Source of the DNA: an uncultured bacterium
Lineage (GTDB): Bacteria; Acidobacteriota; Thermoanaerobaculia; Multivoradales; JAHZIX01
Reading direction: 5' to 3'
Length of the DNA: 64,000 nucleotides
Assembly (NCBI GenBank): GCA_965368975.1
Contig: CBDUPA010000006.1
Coordinates: 160,001 to 224,000, forward strand
Shown: positions 12,275 to 21,970 of the stretch, in pieces
How positions within the stretch are numbered: the first letter of the stretch is position 1
Layout: the number at the start of each line of letters is the position of its first letter
Position numbers and translations under genes: made by a program
The notes under the pieces: model-generated
Databases searched by the model: none
The model's input: only the letters and a program-made list of their open reading frames with translations
What the model was told of the DNA's origin: nothing

Positions 12275-13342
12275 TTACTCGGAAGCGCCAGCGCGGGCCA
12301 GCTCTTCGTCGATCACTTCCTGGAAGGCCGTGAAGGGCTGGGCGCCGGAGATCAGGCGACCGTTGATGAAGAAGCCGGGGGTGCCGGAAACGCCAGCGAG
12401 GCTGCCTTCACGCAGGTCGTCCTGCACCAGCTGGGCGTACTTGTCGCCGTCCAGGCACTCGCCGAAGGCGGTCAGGTCGAGGCCCAGACGCTCGGCCTTG
12501 TTCTTCAGCTGATCGATGCCCAGCTGCTGCTGCTCGGCGAACAGGAGATCGTGCATCTCCCAGAACTTTCCCTGGTCGTGCGCGCACATCGCGGCCTCGG
12601 AGGCCTTCTGCGCGTTCTCGTGGAAGTTCAGGGGGTAGTGGCGGAAGTAGATCTTGACCTTGTCGCCGTAGGTGTCCATGACCTGCTGCAGGGTCGGGTT
12701 GACACGCGAGCAGAAGGGGCACTCGAAGTCGGAGAACTCGACAATGGTGATGGGGGCGTTGGCCGGGCCCTTGAACGGAGCGTCGCCACCGTCGACCTCA
12801 GCGCGGTACGGGCCGAGGTTGTTGGCCACTTCGACGCCTTCACTCAGGGAGCCGTAGAACGCGTCGGTGCGCTCCTGGCGGGCCAGGTTCTGCAGGTGAG
12901 CGCGGATCTGGGCGGCAACGTTTTCCTTCGGCTGGCGGATGCGCGCCTGGTTCTCGGTGTAGAAGGCGTCGACATCGGCGTCGGTGACCTCGGGGATCTT
13001 CTCTTCGATCTCCTGCTGCAGCAGCTCAGCGGTGCTGATGCCGCGCGCCTCGGCGGCGCGATTCAGCAGTTCCTGGTTGAGCAGCTCCTGCAGGGTGCTC
13101 TCCATGACTTCGTGGCGGCTGCGCTTGTAGTTGACCTTACACTGCTGCAGCTGCATCTCGACCTGTTCCATCTGCTCGCCAGCGGCGTCGAGGATGTCCT
13201 TCTCGGTGAAGGTCTTGTCACCGACCTGGCCGAGGGTGCCGGTAGCCGAGGCGTCGTCAGCGGCGCAGGCGGGCAGCATCCAGGCGGTCGTGCCGATGAC
13301 GAGAAGGGCGAACGCAAACACGAGTGTGCGCTTCAGTTGCAT
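12275..13342 (-). CDS. DsbA-family thioredoxin-fold protein with SurA-like N-terminal region
   Basis: Signal peptide; EFSDFECPFC and GVSGTPGFFING motifs. Confidence 0.9.
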   Translation of the reverse strand: MQLKRTLVFAFALLVIGTTAWMLPACAADDASATGTLGQVGDKTFTEKDILDAAGEQMEQVEMQLQQCKVNYKRSRHEVMESTLQELLNQELLNRAAEARGISTAELLQQEIEEKIPEVTDADVDAFYTENQARIRQPKENVAAQIRAHLQNLARQERTDAFYGSLSEGVEVANNLGPYRAEVDGGDAPFKGPANAPITIVEFSDFECPFCSRVNPTLQQVMDTYGDKVKIYFRHYPLNFHENAQKASEAAMCAHDQGKFWEMHDLLFAEQQQLGIDQLKNKAERLGLDLTAFGECLDGDKYAQLVQDDLREGSLAGVSGTPGFFINGRLISGAQPFTAFQEVIDEELARAGASE

Positions 13343-13460
13343 GATGATGGTTCTCCTTTGGTGCGATCTCGAGGCTCGATAGGATCGAAATTCGGTATTC
13401 CCGAGTGGGTGGTTTTCGGACGGACCCGGAATTGTAACGTAAGCGCTTGCCGGGATGGTT

Positions 13461-14348
13461 TCATCCCGCCGGCATGGGGCGCCGGGGTGCGGCGCCGTCT
13501 GGAGCGCTGAGGTGGCGGACGGTCAGGCCCTCGAGGATGCGGTCGGCCGGGATGCCGCGCAGGCGCAGCTCCGGAGCTGCCAGCAGATTCTCCGCGAGAG
13601 CCAGAAGGCGTCGGCGCAGGGCCGGCGCTGGTTGTAGTTGATCACAGCTGTGCAAGAGGGCGCGTGCCGCGACGGTCCAGGGACGCCCGGCGCGCGGGTC
13701 GCTCCAGCCGCTGGCACGGCCGAGGATGCCGGCGACGGCGAGCGGGTAGATAGCGGCGTGAGTGTCGACGTACCCGCGCAGGCAGGTGGTGAGGTCGTCG
13801 ACCAGCTCGGCGGCCTCTTCGGCCTCGTCAACGCTGCTCGTGCCACCCAGAAAAATGGCCAGGGAGCGGCTGCGCAAGGTGGGCAGCAGGTCGAACTGGG
13901 ATGGGGCCAGCAGCAGGAAGTGGCGCGGCGCGGTTTCGGCTGGCTCCTCCAGTGCCTTGAGCAGGGCATTGGCGGCCTCGCCGCTGAGCGTCTCGGCGTT
14001 GGCGATGACGAAGACCTGGCCGCGCGCTTCGAAGGGCGAGACGTGGCTGCCCTGCAAGAAACGCTTGACGGCATCCACGGAGGTCGAGGTCTTGAGGTCG
14101 CGCTCGAGCACCTGGAAATCGGGGTGGAAGGTGTCCTGTTGCTTGTCCGGCCACACGATGCGCCGGCAGTGGCGGCACGGCGGCTCGTCCTTACCGCACG
14201 GGCGGTCTCCGGCCTCGTGCTGGCACTGCAGGATGCGGCCGAGGCGCACGGCGGCTTCCTGGCGCAGCGTCTCGTCGCCGCCGTGCAAGATCACGGACGG
14301 GTAGAGGCGGTCTGTGCGCGCCAGGTGCTCGGAGTGTTGCAGATTCAT
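13461..14348 (-). CDS. holB: DNA polymerase III delta' subunit
   Basis: Zn cluster C..PC...CRHC, HPDF, AANALLKALEEP, LLPTLRSR. The 570-aa ORF is over-extended; start set at MNLQH. Confidence 0.85.
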   Translation of the reverse strand: MNLQHSEHLARTDRLYPSVILHGGDETLRQEAAVRLGRILQCQHEAGDRPCGKDEPPCRHCRRIVWPDKQQDTFHPDFQVLERDLKTSTSVDAVKRFLQGSHVSPFEARGQVFVIANAETLSGEAANALLKALEEPAETAPRHFLLLAPSQFDLLPTLRSRSLAIFLGGTSSVDEAEEAAELVDDLTTCLRGYVDTHAAIYPLAVAGILGRASGWSDPRAGRPWTVAARALLHSCDQLQPAPALRRRLLALAENLLAAPELRLRGIPADRILEGLTVRHLSAPDGAAPRRPMPAG

Positions 14349-14482
14349 GCCAGGTTCAAGGGTCGTTCGGTGGGCGGTCGAGGCGGTGAGCCTCCCGAGG
14401 GCGCTCAGACCGGGAAGGATAGCATGCCCTCGACCCCGCCGTGGTGAGCCTCTCGCGTGCACGCTGTTGATAGAGTCGCGAA

Positions 14483-15835
14483 ATGTCCAGCACAGCACAG
14501 CCCTTGTCGTCGCCGTCTTCTCCGTCGCCGTCTTCTGCGTCGGGGAGGCCCCACGTCGTGATCCTCGGTGGTGGATTTGCCGGGCTCTACGCGGCGCGCC
14601 GCCTGCGCCGGGCGCCGGTTCGGCTGACCCTGGTCGATCGGCGCAATCATCACTTGTTCCAGCCGTTGCTCTACCAGGTGGCGACGGCGGCGCTGAGTGC
14701 GGTCGACATCGCCGAGCCGATCCGCAAGATCTTGCACCGGCAGCGCAATGCCACGGTCTTGTTGGCGCAGGCTGAGGATGTCGATCTGCCGGCGCGCAAG
14801 GTGTTGCTGGATGGGGGCGGCGAACTGCACTACGATTACCTGGTGGTCGCCACCGGTGCGTCACACTCGTATTTCGGCAATGATCACTGGCAGCGTCATG
14901 CACCGGGGCTGAAGACGCTGGAAGATGCTCTGGGGATCCGGCGGCGCGTGCTGCTGTCGTATGAGCAGGCGGAGCGCGAACCCGACGCCGAGAAGCGAAA
15001 GTCGTGGTTGACCTTCGTCGTGGTGGGAGCCGGACCGACCGGAGCGGAGCTGGCCGGGGCGCTGTCCGAAATCGCTCGCAAGACGCTGGCCCGCAACTTC
15101 CGTAACTTCGATCCGGCCGAGGCGCGCGTGCTGCTGGTCGAAGGGGCGGATCGTGTGTTGCCGCCGTATCCACCGGAGCTGAGTGCCAAGGCCCAGGAAC
15201 AGCTCGAAGCCCTGGGTGTCGAGGTGCGCACCGGTGCCCTGGTCACTCAGGTCGACGCGACCGGTGTCACGCTGAAGGCCCGGCACGAAGGGGATCGCGC
15301 AGGGGACGAGGAGCGGATCGAGGCGCACACGGTGCTGTGGGCGGCGGGGGTGGCGGCGTCACCGCTGGGCGCCAAGCTGGGAGCGCCGACGGACCGTGCC
15401 GGCCGGGTCAAGGTTGAGAAAGACCTGTCGCTGCCCGGTCATCCGGAGGTCTTCGTGGTGGGTGACTTGGCGTCGCTGGAGCACGGTGGCCAGCCCGTGC
15501 CGGGCGTGGCCCCGGCGGCGATCCAGATGGGCGAGCATACAGCGGAGAATCTACTGCGTGCTCTGCGCGGCGAGGCATCGCGGCCCTTCGAGTATCGCGA
15601 CAAGGGCACCATGGCGACGCTGGGCCGCAAATCCGCGGTCGCCCAGTTGGGCAACACCAAGCTGTCGGGTTGGCTCGCCTGGATGGCCTGGTTGCTGATC
15701 CACGTCTTCTTCTTGATCGGCTTCCGCAACCGCTTCGTGGTGCTCTTCGAGTGGGCTTGGGCCTACGTGACCTACCAGCGCAGCGCGCGGGTCATTCTGC
15801 GGGAGGAGAGCCCGGCGCACGACGAAAGTTCTTGA
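14483..15835 (+). CDS. ndh: Type II NADH:quinone oxidoreductase
   Basis: GGGFAG, HLFQPLLYQVAT, GAGPTGAELAG, YRDKGTMATLGR. Confidence 0.93.
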   Translation: MSSTAQPLSSPSSPSPSSASGRPHVVILGGGFAGLYAARRLRRAPVRLTLVDRRNHHLFQPLLYQVATAALSAVDIAEPIRKILHRQRNATVLLAQAEDVDLPARKVLLDGGGELHYDYLVVATGASHSYFGNDHWQRHAPGLKTLEDALGIRRRVLLSYEQAEREPDAEKRKSWLTFVVVGAGPTGAELAGALSEIARKTLARNFRNFDPAEARVLLVEGADRVLPPYPPELSAKAQEQLEALGVEVRTGALVTQVDATGVTLKARHEGDRAGDEERIEAHTVLWAAGVAASPLGAKLGAPTDRAGRVKVEKDLSLPGHPEVFVVGDLASLEHGGQPVPGVAPAAIQMGEHTAENLLRALRGEASRPFEYRDKGTMATLGRKSAVAQLGNTKLSGWLAWMAWLLIHVFFLIGFRNRFVVLFEWAWAYVTYQRSARVILREESPAHDESS

Positions 15836-15864
15836 CGCGCGGGGCCCTGGCGCCGCGCTGCCGG

Positions 15865-18800
15865 TCAGTTGGCGCTGGCCGCCGCCGCTGTCGGGGCGAG
15901 CGTGCCAGGGGGGGAGGGAGCGGGCCGCTGCCAGCGGTTGTACAACTCGTCGAGGTGCTGGCGTGCCGAGCGCGTGTAGTCGGAGTCGCCGGTTTGCTGC
16001 TCCAGCTGTTCGTAGCTGTGCAGCAACAGCTGCTCGGCCTCCGCGAAGCGCTCCTGTGCGAGCAGGCAAGCGCCGAGCTGGCTTTGGGTATCGAGAGTGC
16101 GCCAATGGTCCGGTGGCAAGGACTCGACGAAGGCTGCCAGGGCCTGGCGTAGGGCGGCTTCGGCTGGTTCCAGCTGGCCCTGGAGTCGCAGGACGCGACC
16201 CAGGTTCACCAGCGTCGTTCCGACCTTGGAATGCCGCTCGCCGAGCGCCTGGCGGCGAATCTCGAGGGCCTGGCGTAGTAGAGCCTCCGCGCCGTCGAGG
16301 TTGCCTTGGGCTTCGAGCACAAGGCCCAGGCCATTGAGGATCGTCGCGATGTCGGGATGGTTTGCGCCCAGTAGACGCTGGCGCATCTCGAGCACCTCGC
16401 GGTAGGTCGTTTCGGCCTGTGCCAGCTTGCCGTTCTGCCGAAGTAGGGCAGCCAGATTGCTGAGCGTGGTGGCGACCTGCGGGTGGCTCTCGCCGTAGGC
16501 CTGGCGATAGATGTCCAGAGCTTCGCGCAGCGGTTGTTCGGCGGCCTCGTACCTGTGCTGCATCTGGTGCAGGGCCGCCAGGTTGTTGAGGGTCATGGCG
16601 ACGTTCGGGTGCGTTTCCCCCAGGGCGACACGCAGGTTGGCCAGGGCCGCCTGGTACATCTCCTCGGCCTGGGAGTATTCGCCCTGCTCGTAGAGCACGC
16701 CGGCGATATTGTTGAGGCTGGCGCCGACTTCGGGATGTTCGGTTCCCAGATGCTTGCGCCGGATGTCGAGCGCCTCGCGGTAAAGCTCTTCGGCGACCTT
16801 GAACTGGCTCAGGTCCTCCTGCAGTAGCGCCAGATCGTTGAGGCTCTCGGCCACTTCCAGGGCGTCCCGGCCGAAGTGGTCGCGCCGGATCTGCAGCGCC
16901 TGCCGGAACAGCTGTTCTGCGGCCAGCAACTCACTCTGCTCGTGCAGTGTGATGGCGAGCAGGTGTAGGGCGTCCGCGATCATCGGGTGACCGCTGGAGA
17001 GGTGCTCCCTGCGGATGCTGAGCGCCTCGCGCGCCGCGGTCTCGGCTTCGTGGAAGCGCCCCTGGTGGACCAGCAACTGGCTGGAGCTGATCAGGCTCTC
17101 GGTCAGTTCGATGTCGTTGGCCGGTAGTTTGGATTGCCGTAGCTGCAGGCTCTTGACGATCAGGGGTTCGGCGTGCTCGAGATCGCCGATGCCGAGGTAG
17201 ACGTTGCCGAGCGCGTCGAGCAACTTGGCCTGGGCCCGTGGCTGATCCTGGAACTCCTGCTCGATGCGGGCACTGGCTCGCGCCAGCACTTGGTGGGCGT
17301 CGACGGAGCTCGGGTCGTTGGTGCGGTACGGGTCGAGCAGGTCGAAGGTCTCGACCAGGACGCCCGCGATCTGCTGTACTAGCTCGGCCTCGCGGTCGGC
17401 GCGCGCGCTGTGCTTGGCTGCGCGCTGCGCCTGCAGGAAGACGATGGCGGTCATCACTAGCAGGACCAGGGTGGCGATGCCGGCACTGCGCCAGCGGCGG
17501 CGCAGCTGGTGTAGCTCCTGGCGCGTGGCCTCGGCCTCGAGGACCTGCTGGCGGCGGTGCTCTTCTTGCTGTTGAGCGTGAAAGTGCTGTGCCTCGAGGC
17601 TGTCGAGATCGCGCAGCCGCTGTGCCAGTTCGAGCGCGTTGGACATGCGCCGCTCGGGCGTGCCATCGATCGTGGCGGCGACGGTCTGCGCCAGCACTGG
17701 GTTGGTGATCTCGCGTTGCCAGCCGGGCGCCAGGGCGCGGCTGAAGTCGCAGATCAGCAGCTGGTAGAGCATCACGCCCAGGGCATAGATGTCCGACTGC
17801 AGCGTCGCCGGTTTTCCTTCGAGCAGTTCCGGTGCCATGTAGAGATGCGTGCCGACGGGCATCCCCTGGTGCTCGGTGATGGCCTCCCCGAAGCCGATCA
17901 TCGTGATGCCGGCGCGTTCGAGGCGGTCGCGATCCGTGATGCGGCCGATACCGAAGTCGGTGAGCTGTGCCTGCGGGTGCTGGGGGTCGGTCAAGTCGAT
18001 CAGCACGTTCGACGGCTTGACGTCCTTGTGCAGCACGCCCACCGAGTGCGCCGCCGCGAGGGCTTCGGCCACTTGCGCCACCAGGTTGAGGCGCACGTGC
18101 AGCGGTACGCGCTCGATACCGCCTTGCTGCTCGGCCCAGTCGAGCATGCTGCCGCTGGCAGTGTGCTGCATCTCGATGAAGTAGGGCGCGCGGTCGAAGT
18201 TCCAGTCGAGGATGCGTGTGATGTCACGGCGATCACCGAGCTCTTCCTTGAGCAGGCGGAAGACGGTGATCTCCCGCTTGAGCGAATTCAGGCTGCGTGC
18301 CTCGTAGCAGAACTTGAAGACGCGGCGGTCGCCGGTCTTCTTGTGGCACGCCAGCCAGATCTCGCCGATGCCTCCGGATGCCAACTTGCGCTCCAGCACC
18401 CAGTTGAGGCGCTGCGGGATCTCCAGGCCGCGTGCCGGTCGCCAGCCGGGGATGGTGGCTTCCTGCACGATACGAAGCGCCTGGTCGCTGTCCTCCGGTG
18501 CGCGCAGTGGCGCCTCGTCCTCGATACCGACCTCGAAGATCTCCAGCGTATCCTCGAAGCCTTCGAACAGGTAGTGGCCGTGGGCCATCCAGGAGAGCAC
18601 CGCGCTAGCGGAACCGGAGCCGACCGAGGACTGGCGGGCCAGGTCGAAGGCGGCGCGGGTGAGCAAAGTCTGCCCTGGACTGGCCAGACGCATCAGCTGC
18701 GCGGTGAGCGAGCGGGCGAGGATCTCGGTCTCGCTGGCGTCCTCTTCGTCCTGGCCCAGCAGGCTGAGGTCGATGGCCGCGGTGTCGGCGTCGGCGGAGC

Positions 18801-20055
18801 GCCGCAGGCCGACTTCGCTGAGCTGGATCGCGACGCGCGCGGCGAGCGCGTTCTCGGTCTGGTCAGACAGGCGGCCGACCGCCCGGTGGTAGTCGAGGCT
18901 GTAGCGCACAGCGTCGCTCGGCCGTTCGAACTGCAGCAGGCGCAGTGGCTCTCGGCTCAGCTCGCGACCCTCGAACTTGCTCAGCAGATCGCGCACCATC
19001 TGGTCGTGCAGGCGCTCGACCAAGGTGTCGTTGCCGGCGCCCACCAACTCGCTGCACAGCAACGTGGCGAGCACCGAGCGTGGCCGGGCGGTCACGGCCG
19101 GCGCCGGGATCTCGCGCACGACGCGGCCGCTGATGGCGTCGAGGGCCGCCACCACCTCGCCGGCACTCTGCGGCCGGTCCGCCGGTTCCTTGGCCAGCAG
19201 GCGATCGACCAGCTGCGACACCGACTCCGGCACTTCCGGGTTCAGGTGGTGTGCTGGCAGCTGGTTCTCGCGCACGATGTTCGACAGCGTCTCCATCGGC
19301 CGCCGACCGAGGAAAGGATTCTTGCCGGTGAAGGCTTCGTAGAACAGGATGCCGAGCGAGAAGAGGTCGGATCGATGGTCGGCCTGTTGCAGGCACACCT
19401 GCTCCGGCGACATGGCGCGTGCGGTGCCGAGCAGCACGCCGGGACGCGACAGCGAGGTGTCGCCTTCCTCCTGTGTGATCTTGCGCGCCAGGCCGAAGTC
19501 CAGGATGCGCGCGCGGCCGGAGGGGGTGACCAGGATGTTCTCGGACTTCAGGTCACGGTGGATGATGCCTTTGGCGTGCGCTGCGCTGATGCCTTCGGCG
19601 ATGTCGCGCCCGAGCACCAGAACCTGGTCGACACTGAGCAAATGCTCGGCCACCATCTCGGACAGTGCCATGCCCTCGACATACTCCATGACGATCCAAT
19701 CGCCGGTGCCACTTTGGAGCAGGTCGAAGACGGGTATGATTGCCGGATGACTGAGCTGTGCAACCGCTTTGGCTTCGCGCAGAAAGCGTTCCCTGGCCTC
19801 CTCGTCAGCCAGAGAGTTGGGACGCAAGCGTTTGATCGCGACCCATCGCCCCAGGCGCTCGTCCCAGGCTCGGTAGACCGCACCCATGCCGCCCTGACCG
19901 AGCAGGCCATCAATACGGTAGGGGCCGAGCCGCTCTGGATATTCTGGAATATCGTTGCCGAACGGCGCCGAATCCCGGGAAAGATAGCCCGAGCTACTCG
20001 CGGCACTTCCGCTGGCGGTCGGATCCGCGTTTCTGAGTGTCGAATCCCTCAGCAT
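15865..20055 (-). CDS. Ser/Thr kinase - degenerate class III cyclase - second Ser/Thr kinase - TM - TPR protein
   Basis: Kinase 1: GQGGMG/VAIK/HRDLK/DFG. Kinase 2: SGGIG/VFK/HKDVKPSN/DFG/YMAPE. TM GIATLVLLVMTAIVFL. Multiple HP.VA..LNNLA TPRs. Confidence 0.9.
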   Translation of the reverse strand: MLRDSTLRNADPTASGSAASSSGYLSRDSAPFGNDIPEYPERLGPYRIDGLLGQGGMGAVYRAWDERLGRWVAIKRLRPNSLADEEARERFLREAKAVAQLSHPAIIPVFDLLQSGTGDWIVMEYVEGMALSEMVAEHLLSVDQVLVLGRDIAEGISAAHAKGIIHRDLKSENILVTPSGRARILDFGLARKITQEEGDTSLSRPGVLLGTARAMSPEQVCLQQADHRSDLFSLGILFYEAFTGKNPFLGRRPMETLSNIVRENQLPAHHLNPEVPESVSQLVDRLLAKEPADRPQSAGEVVAALDAISGRVVREIPAPAVTARPRSVLATLLCSELVGAGNDTLVERLHDQMVRDLLSKFEGRELSREPLRLLQFERPSDAVRYSLDYHRAVGRLSDQTENALAARVAIQLSEVGLRRSADADTAAIDLSLLGQDEEDASETEILARSLTAQLMRLASPGQTLLTRAAFDLARQSSVGSGSASAVLSWMAHGHYLFEGFEDTLEIFEVGIEDEAPLRAPEDSDQALRIVQEATIPGWRPARGLEIPQRLNWVLERKLASGGIGEIWLACHKKTGDRRVFKFCYEARSLNSLKREITVFRLLKEELGDRRDITRILDWNFDRAPYFIEMQHTASGSMLDWAEQQGGIERVPLHVRLNLVAQVAEALAAAHSVGVLHKDVKPSNVLIDLTDPQHPQAQLTDFGIGRITDRDRLERAGITMIGFGEAITEHQGMPVGTHLYMAPELLEGKPATLQSDIYALGVMLYQLLICDFSRALAPGWQREITNPVLAQTVAATIDGTPERRMSNALELAQRLRDLDSLEAQHFHAQQQEEHRRQQVLEAEATRQELHQLRRRWRSAGIATLVLLVMTAIVFLQAQRAAKHSARADREAELVQQIAGVLVETFDLLDPYRTNDPSSVDAHQVLARASARIEQEFQDQPRAQAKLLDALGNVYLGIGDLEHAEPLIVKSLQLRQSKLPANDIELTESLISSSQLLVHQGRFHEAETAAREALSIRREHLSSGHPMIADALHLLAITLHEQSELLAAEQLFRQALQIRRDHFGRDALEVAESLNDLALLQEDLSQFKVAEELYREALDIRRKHLGTEHPEVGASLNNIAGVLYEQGEYSQAEEMYQAALANLRVALGETHPNVAMTLNNLAALHQMQHRYEAAEQPLREALDIYRQAYGESHPQVATTLSNLAALLRQNGKLAQAETTYREVLEMRQRLLGANHPDIATILNGLGLVLEAQGNLDGAEALLRQALEIRRQALGERHSKVGTTLVNLGRVLRLQGQLEPAEAALRQALAAFVESLPPDHWRTLDTQSQLGACLLAQERFAEAEQLLLHSYEQLEQQTGDSDYTRSARQHLDELYNRWQRPAPSPPGTLAPTAAAASAN

Positions 20056-20084
20056 AGTGGTTTAGGAACCTTTCCCTCTAACCC

Positions 20085-20540
20085 GTGAATGGTAGCACGC
20101 TCCGAGGGAGTCCATGGTGCCGCGGTGTGCAGGGTGTGGCCCTGCTGCTGCTGGTTGTTTGGTGCGCCGTGCATCTCGCGCAGGCAGTGCAGTCGCGGCA
20201 GCAGCGTTTCGGTCCGCAGGACGATCCGTTTCCGCCTCGCTGGCAGCGCGGTGATCCGATCCTAGAAGAGCTGCTGGTGCTGCTCGACGAGGTCGATGCG
20301 CGGGTGCCGCCGGGTGAGGTCATCGCGCTCGAACCGATTTACCGCGAGCCACGCTTCCGCTCGTACGTGCGCATGTGGGCGGCCTACCGAATGCCGCGTC
20401 ACCACGTCGTGCTGGCGGACGCGCCGCAGGCGGCCGAGGCGGCCTGGGGTGTCGGGTTTCGCCGGAGCCTGCGGGGAGCGGGCTGGCGTGCGGTCGCGGT
20501 GTTTCCCGATGGTCGCCTCTATCGTCGGAGGGTGCAGTGA
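20085..20540 (+). CDS. Hypothetical protein with N-terminal TM/signal
   Basis: Hydrophobic N-terminus; stop overlaps the next start (GTGA). Confidence 0.55.
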   Translation: MNGSTLRGSPWCRGVQGVALLLLVVWCAVHLAQAVQSRQQRFGPQDDPFPPRWQRGDPILEELLVLLDEVDARVPPGEVIALEPIYREPRFRSYVRMWAAYRMPRHHVVLADAPQAAEAAWGVGFRRSLRGAGWRAVAVFPDGRLYRRRVQ

Positions 20541-21970
20541 GTCGAACGCTGGAGGGGCGCCTCGTTCTCGCTCTGTTCGCCGCGCTGCTGGCCCTGCACG
20601 TGGCCTTGACAATACTCGACCTGGCCGGCGCTTCCTGGCGTCAGCTCCCCGTGACCCCGGCGTCGGACTCGGCCTGGCTGCCATCGTGGCCGCCGCTGGT
20701 GTGGCTTCTTGGGGTGGCGCTGGCGGCAGCCGGGCAGCTCGGTAGCGCGGTCAAGCCACCCGTTCGGGCGCTGGCCCGCGCGCGCCCGGGCTGGGGAGAC
20801 GTGCTGGCTCTCGGCGCCGGTGGTGTGCTCGCCGTAGTGAGTTATCGGGGCTGGAGCACCAACCCGGACTTTGTCTACCACTGGGGGCTCAAGGGCTATC
20901 GCTTCGCGGTGCAGGGCGGTATCGATTACGACTTCCTGAGCCGGCCCTGGAACGGCTATCTGCATCCAGACTATCCGCAGCTGCTACCCGAGCTGTACGC
21001 GTTCACGGCGCTGGTGCGCGGCAGCTGGGACGAGTCGGTACTGCTGCTCTGGACGGTGGTGTGGTTCGTCGCTCTGGTGCTGGCGGCGCGGGCCGTGCTG
21101 CGGGGAGCAGCTGTCGACGATACCGTGGGTCGTTTCGTGTCGACCGGGGTGGGCGGCCGTTTCGCGCAGCAGGCGTTGCTGGCGGCGCTGGCGCTGGCCC
21201 TGGCGATGCTCGGTGTCGGCTATCAGCTGGCTGGCAGCCCGGACTGGCTGATCGCACTGGCTCTCGTCGCGGCGCTGCCGGCCTTCCTGCTGTCGCATCG
21301 TCGCCCAGCGGACGGCGACAGGCGGGACGTGGCCGAAGCGCGCCTGGCTCGCGCCCGCGGTGAGGCGCCGGAGATCGCCTTGATTGCCGCGGTGGTGGCG
21401 GCGGTGAAGGTCGAAGGCGTGGTGCTGGCGGCAGGGATGCTGCTGGGCTGGGCCTTGCTACGTGGCTTGTGGCGGCCAGGTCCGAGGTGGGCTGGTTGGC
21501 GCCTGGCGGTGCTGACCGCGCTACCCGCATCGCTGTTGGTCGCGACCTGGCTGTGGCAGGTGCGCACGCACGGCTTGCTGTCGCAGTCTTTGCTCGGGCC
21601 GCCGCGCTGGGAGAACATGCCCGGCATCTTGGCCGCGATCTGGCGCGCGCTGAACACGCAGGAGTGGCACAGTCTGGGCCTGCTATTGCTGTTCTTGCCG
21701 CTGCTCGCCCTGGTACGCCGGGTGCGCCCGCTGGCTTTGTTGGCGCTGGCGCAGCTCGGCTTCTACCTGGCGGTCTACGTGTGCGCCCAGGAGAGGCCGG
21801 AGTTCTACGTGCTGTCCAGTTTTCCGCGTCTCATGCTGCACCTGTGGCCGGCGACACTCGTTGCCGCCGGCCTGGTGCTGGCTCGCTGGGTCGAGCGTCC
21901 CGCGCCTCTGGTTCCCGTCGCTGACGGATCTTCCAGAGACGGGACGCCTATGACACAGGCAGCGCCTTGA
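20537..21970 (+). CDS. Polytopic membrane protein, possibly GT-C glycosyltransferase-like
   Basis: Many TM helices; D..YHWGLKG, HPDYPQLLP and KVEG motifs typical of GT-C-like proteins; GTG start at 20537. Confidence 0.65.
   Translation: MSRTLEGRLVLALFAALLALHVALTILDLAGASWRQLPVTPASDSAWLPSWPPLVWLLGVALAAAGQLGSAVKPPVRALARARPGWGDVLALGAGGVLAVVSYRGWSTNPDFVYHWGLKGYRFAVQGGIDYDFLSRPWNGYLHPDYPQLLPELYAFTALVRGSWDESVLLLWTVVWFVALVLAARAVLRGAAVDDTVGRFVSTGVGGRFAQQALLAALALALAMLGVGYQLAGSPDWLIALALVAALPAFLLSHRRPADGDRRDVAEARLARARGEAPEIALIAAVVAAVKVEGVVLAAGMLLGWALLRGLWRPGPRWAGWRLAVLTALPASLLVATWLWQVRTHGLLSQSLLGPPRWENMPGILAAIWRALNTQEWHSLGLLLLFLPLLALVRRVRPLALLALAQLGFYLAVYVCAQERPEFYVLSSFPRLMLHLWPATLVAAGLVLARWVERPAPLVPVADGSSRDGTPMTQAAP

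Noticed and set aside
14349-15173. N-terminal extension of the holB ORF
   Set aside because: Overlaps ndh on the opposite strand and is low-complexity.
17557-20088. 843-aa plus-strand ORF
   Set aside because: Antisense shadow of the kinase gene.
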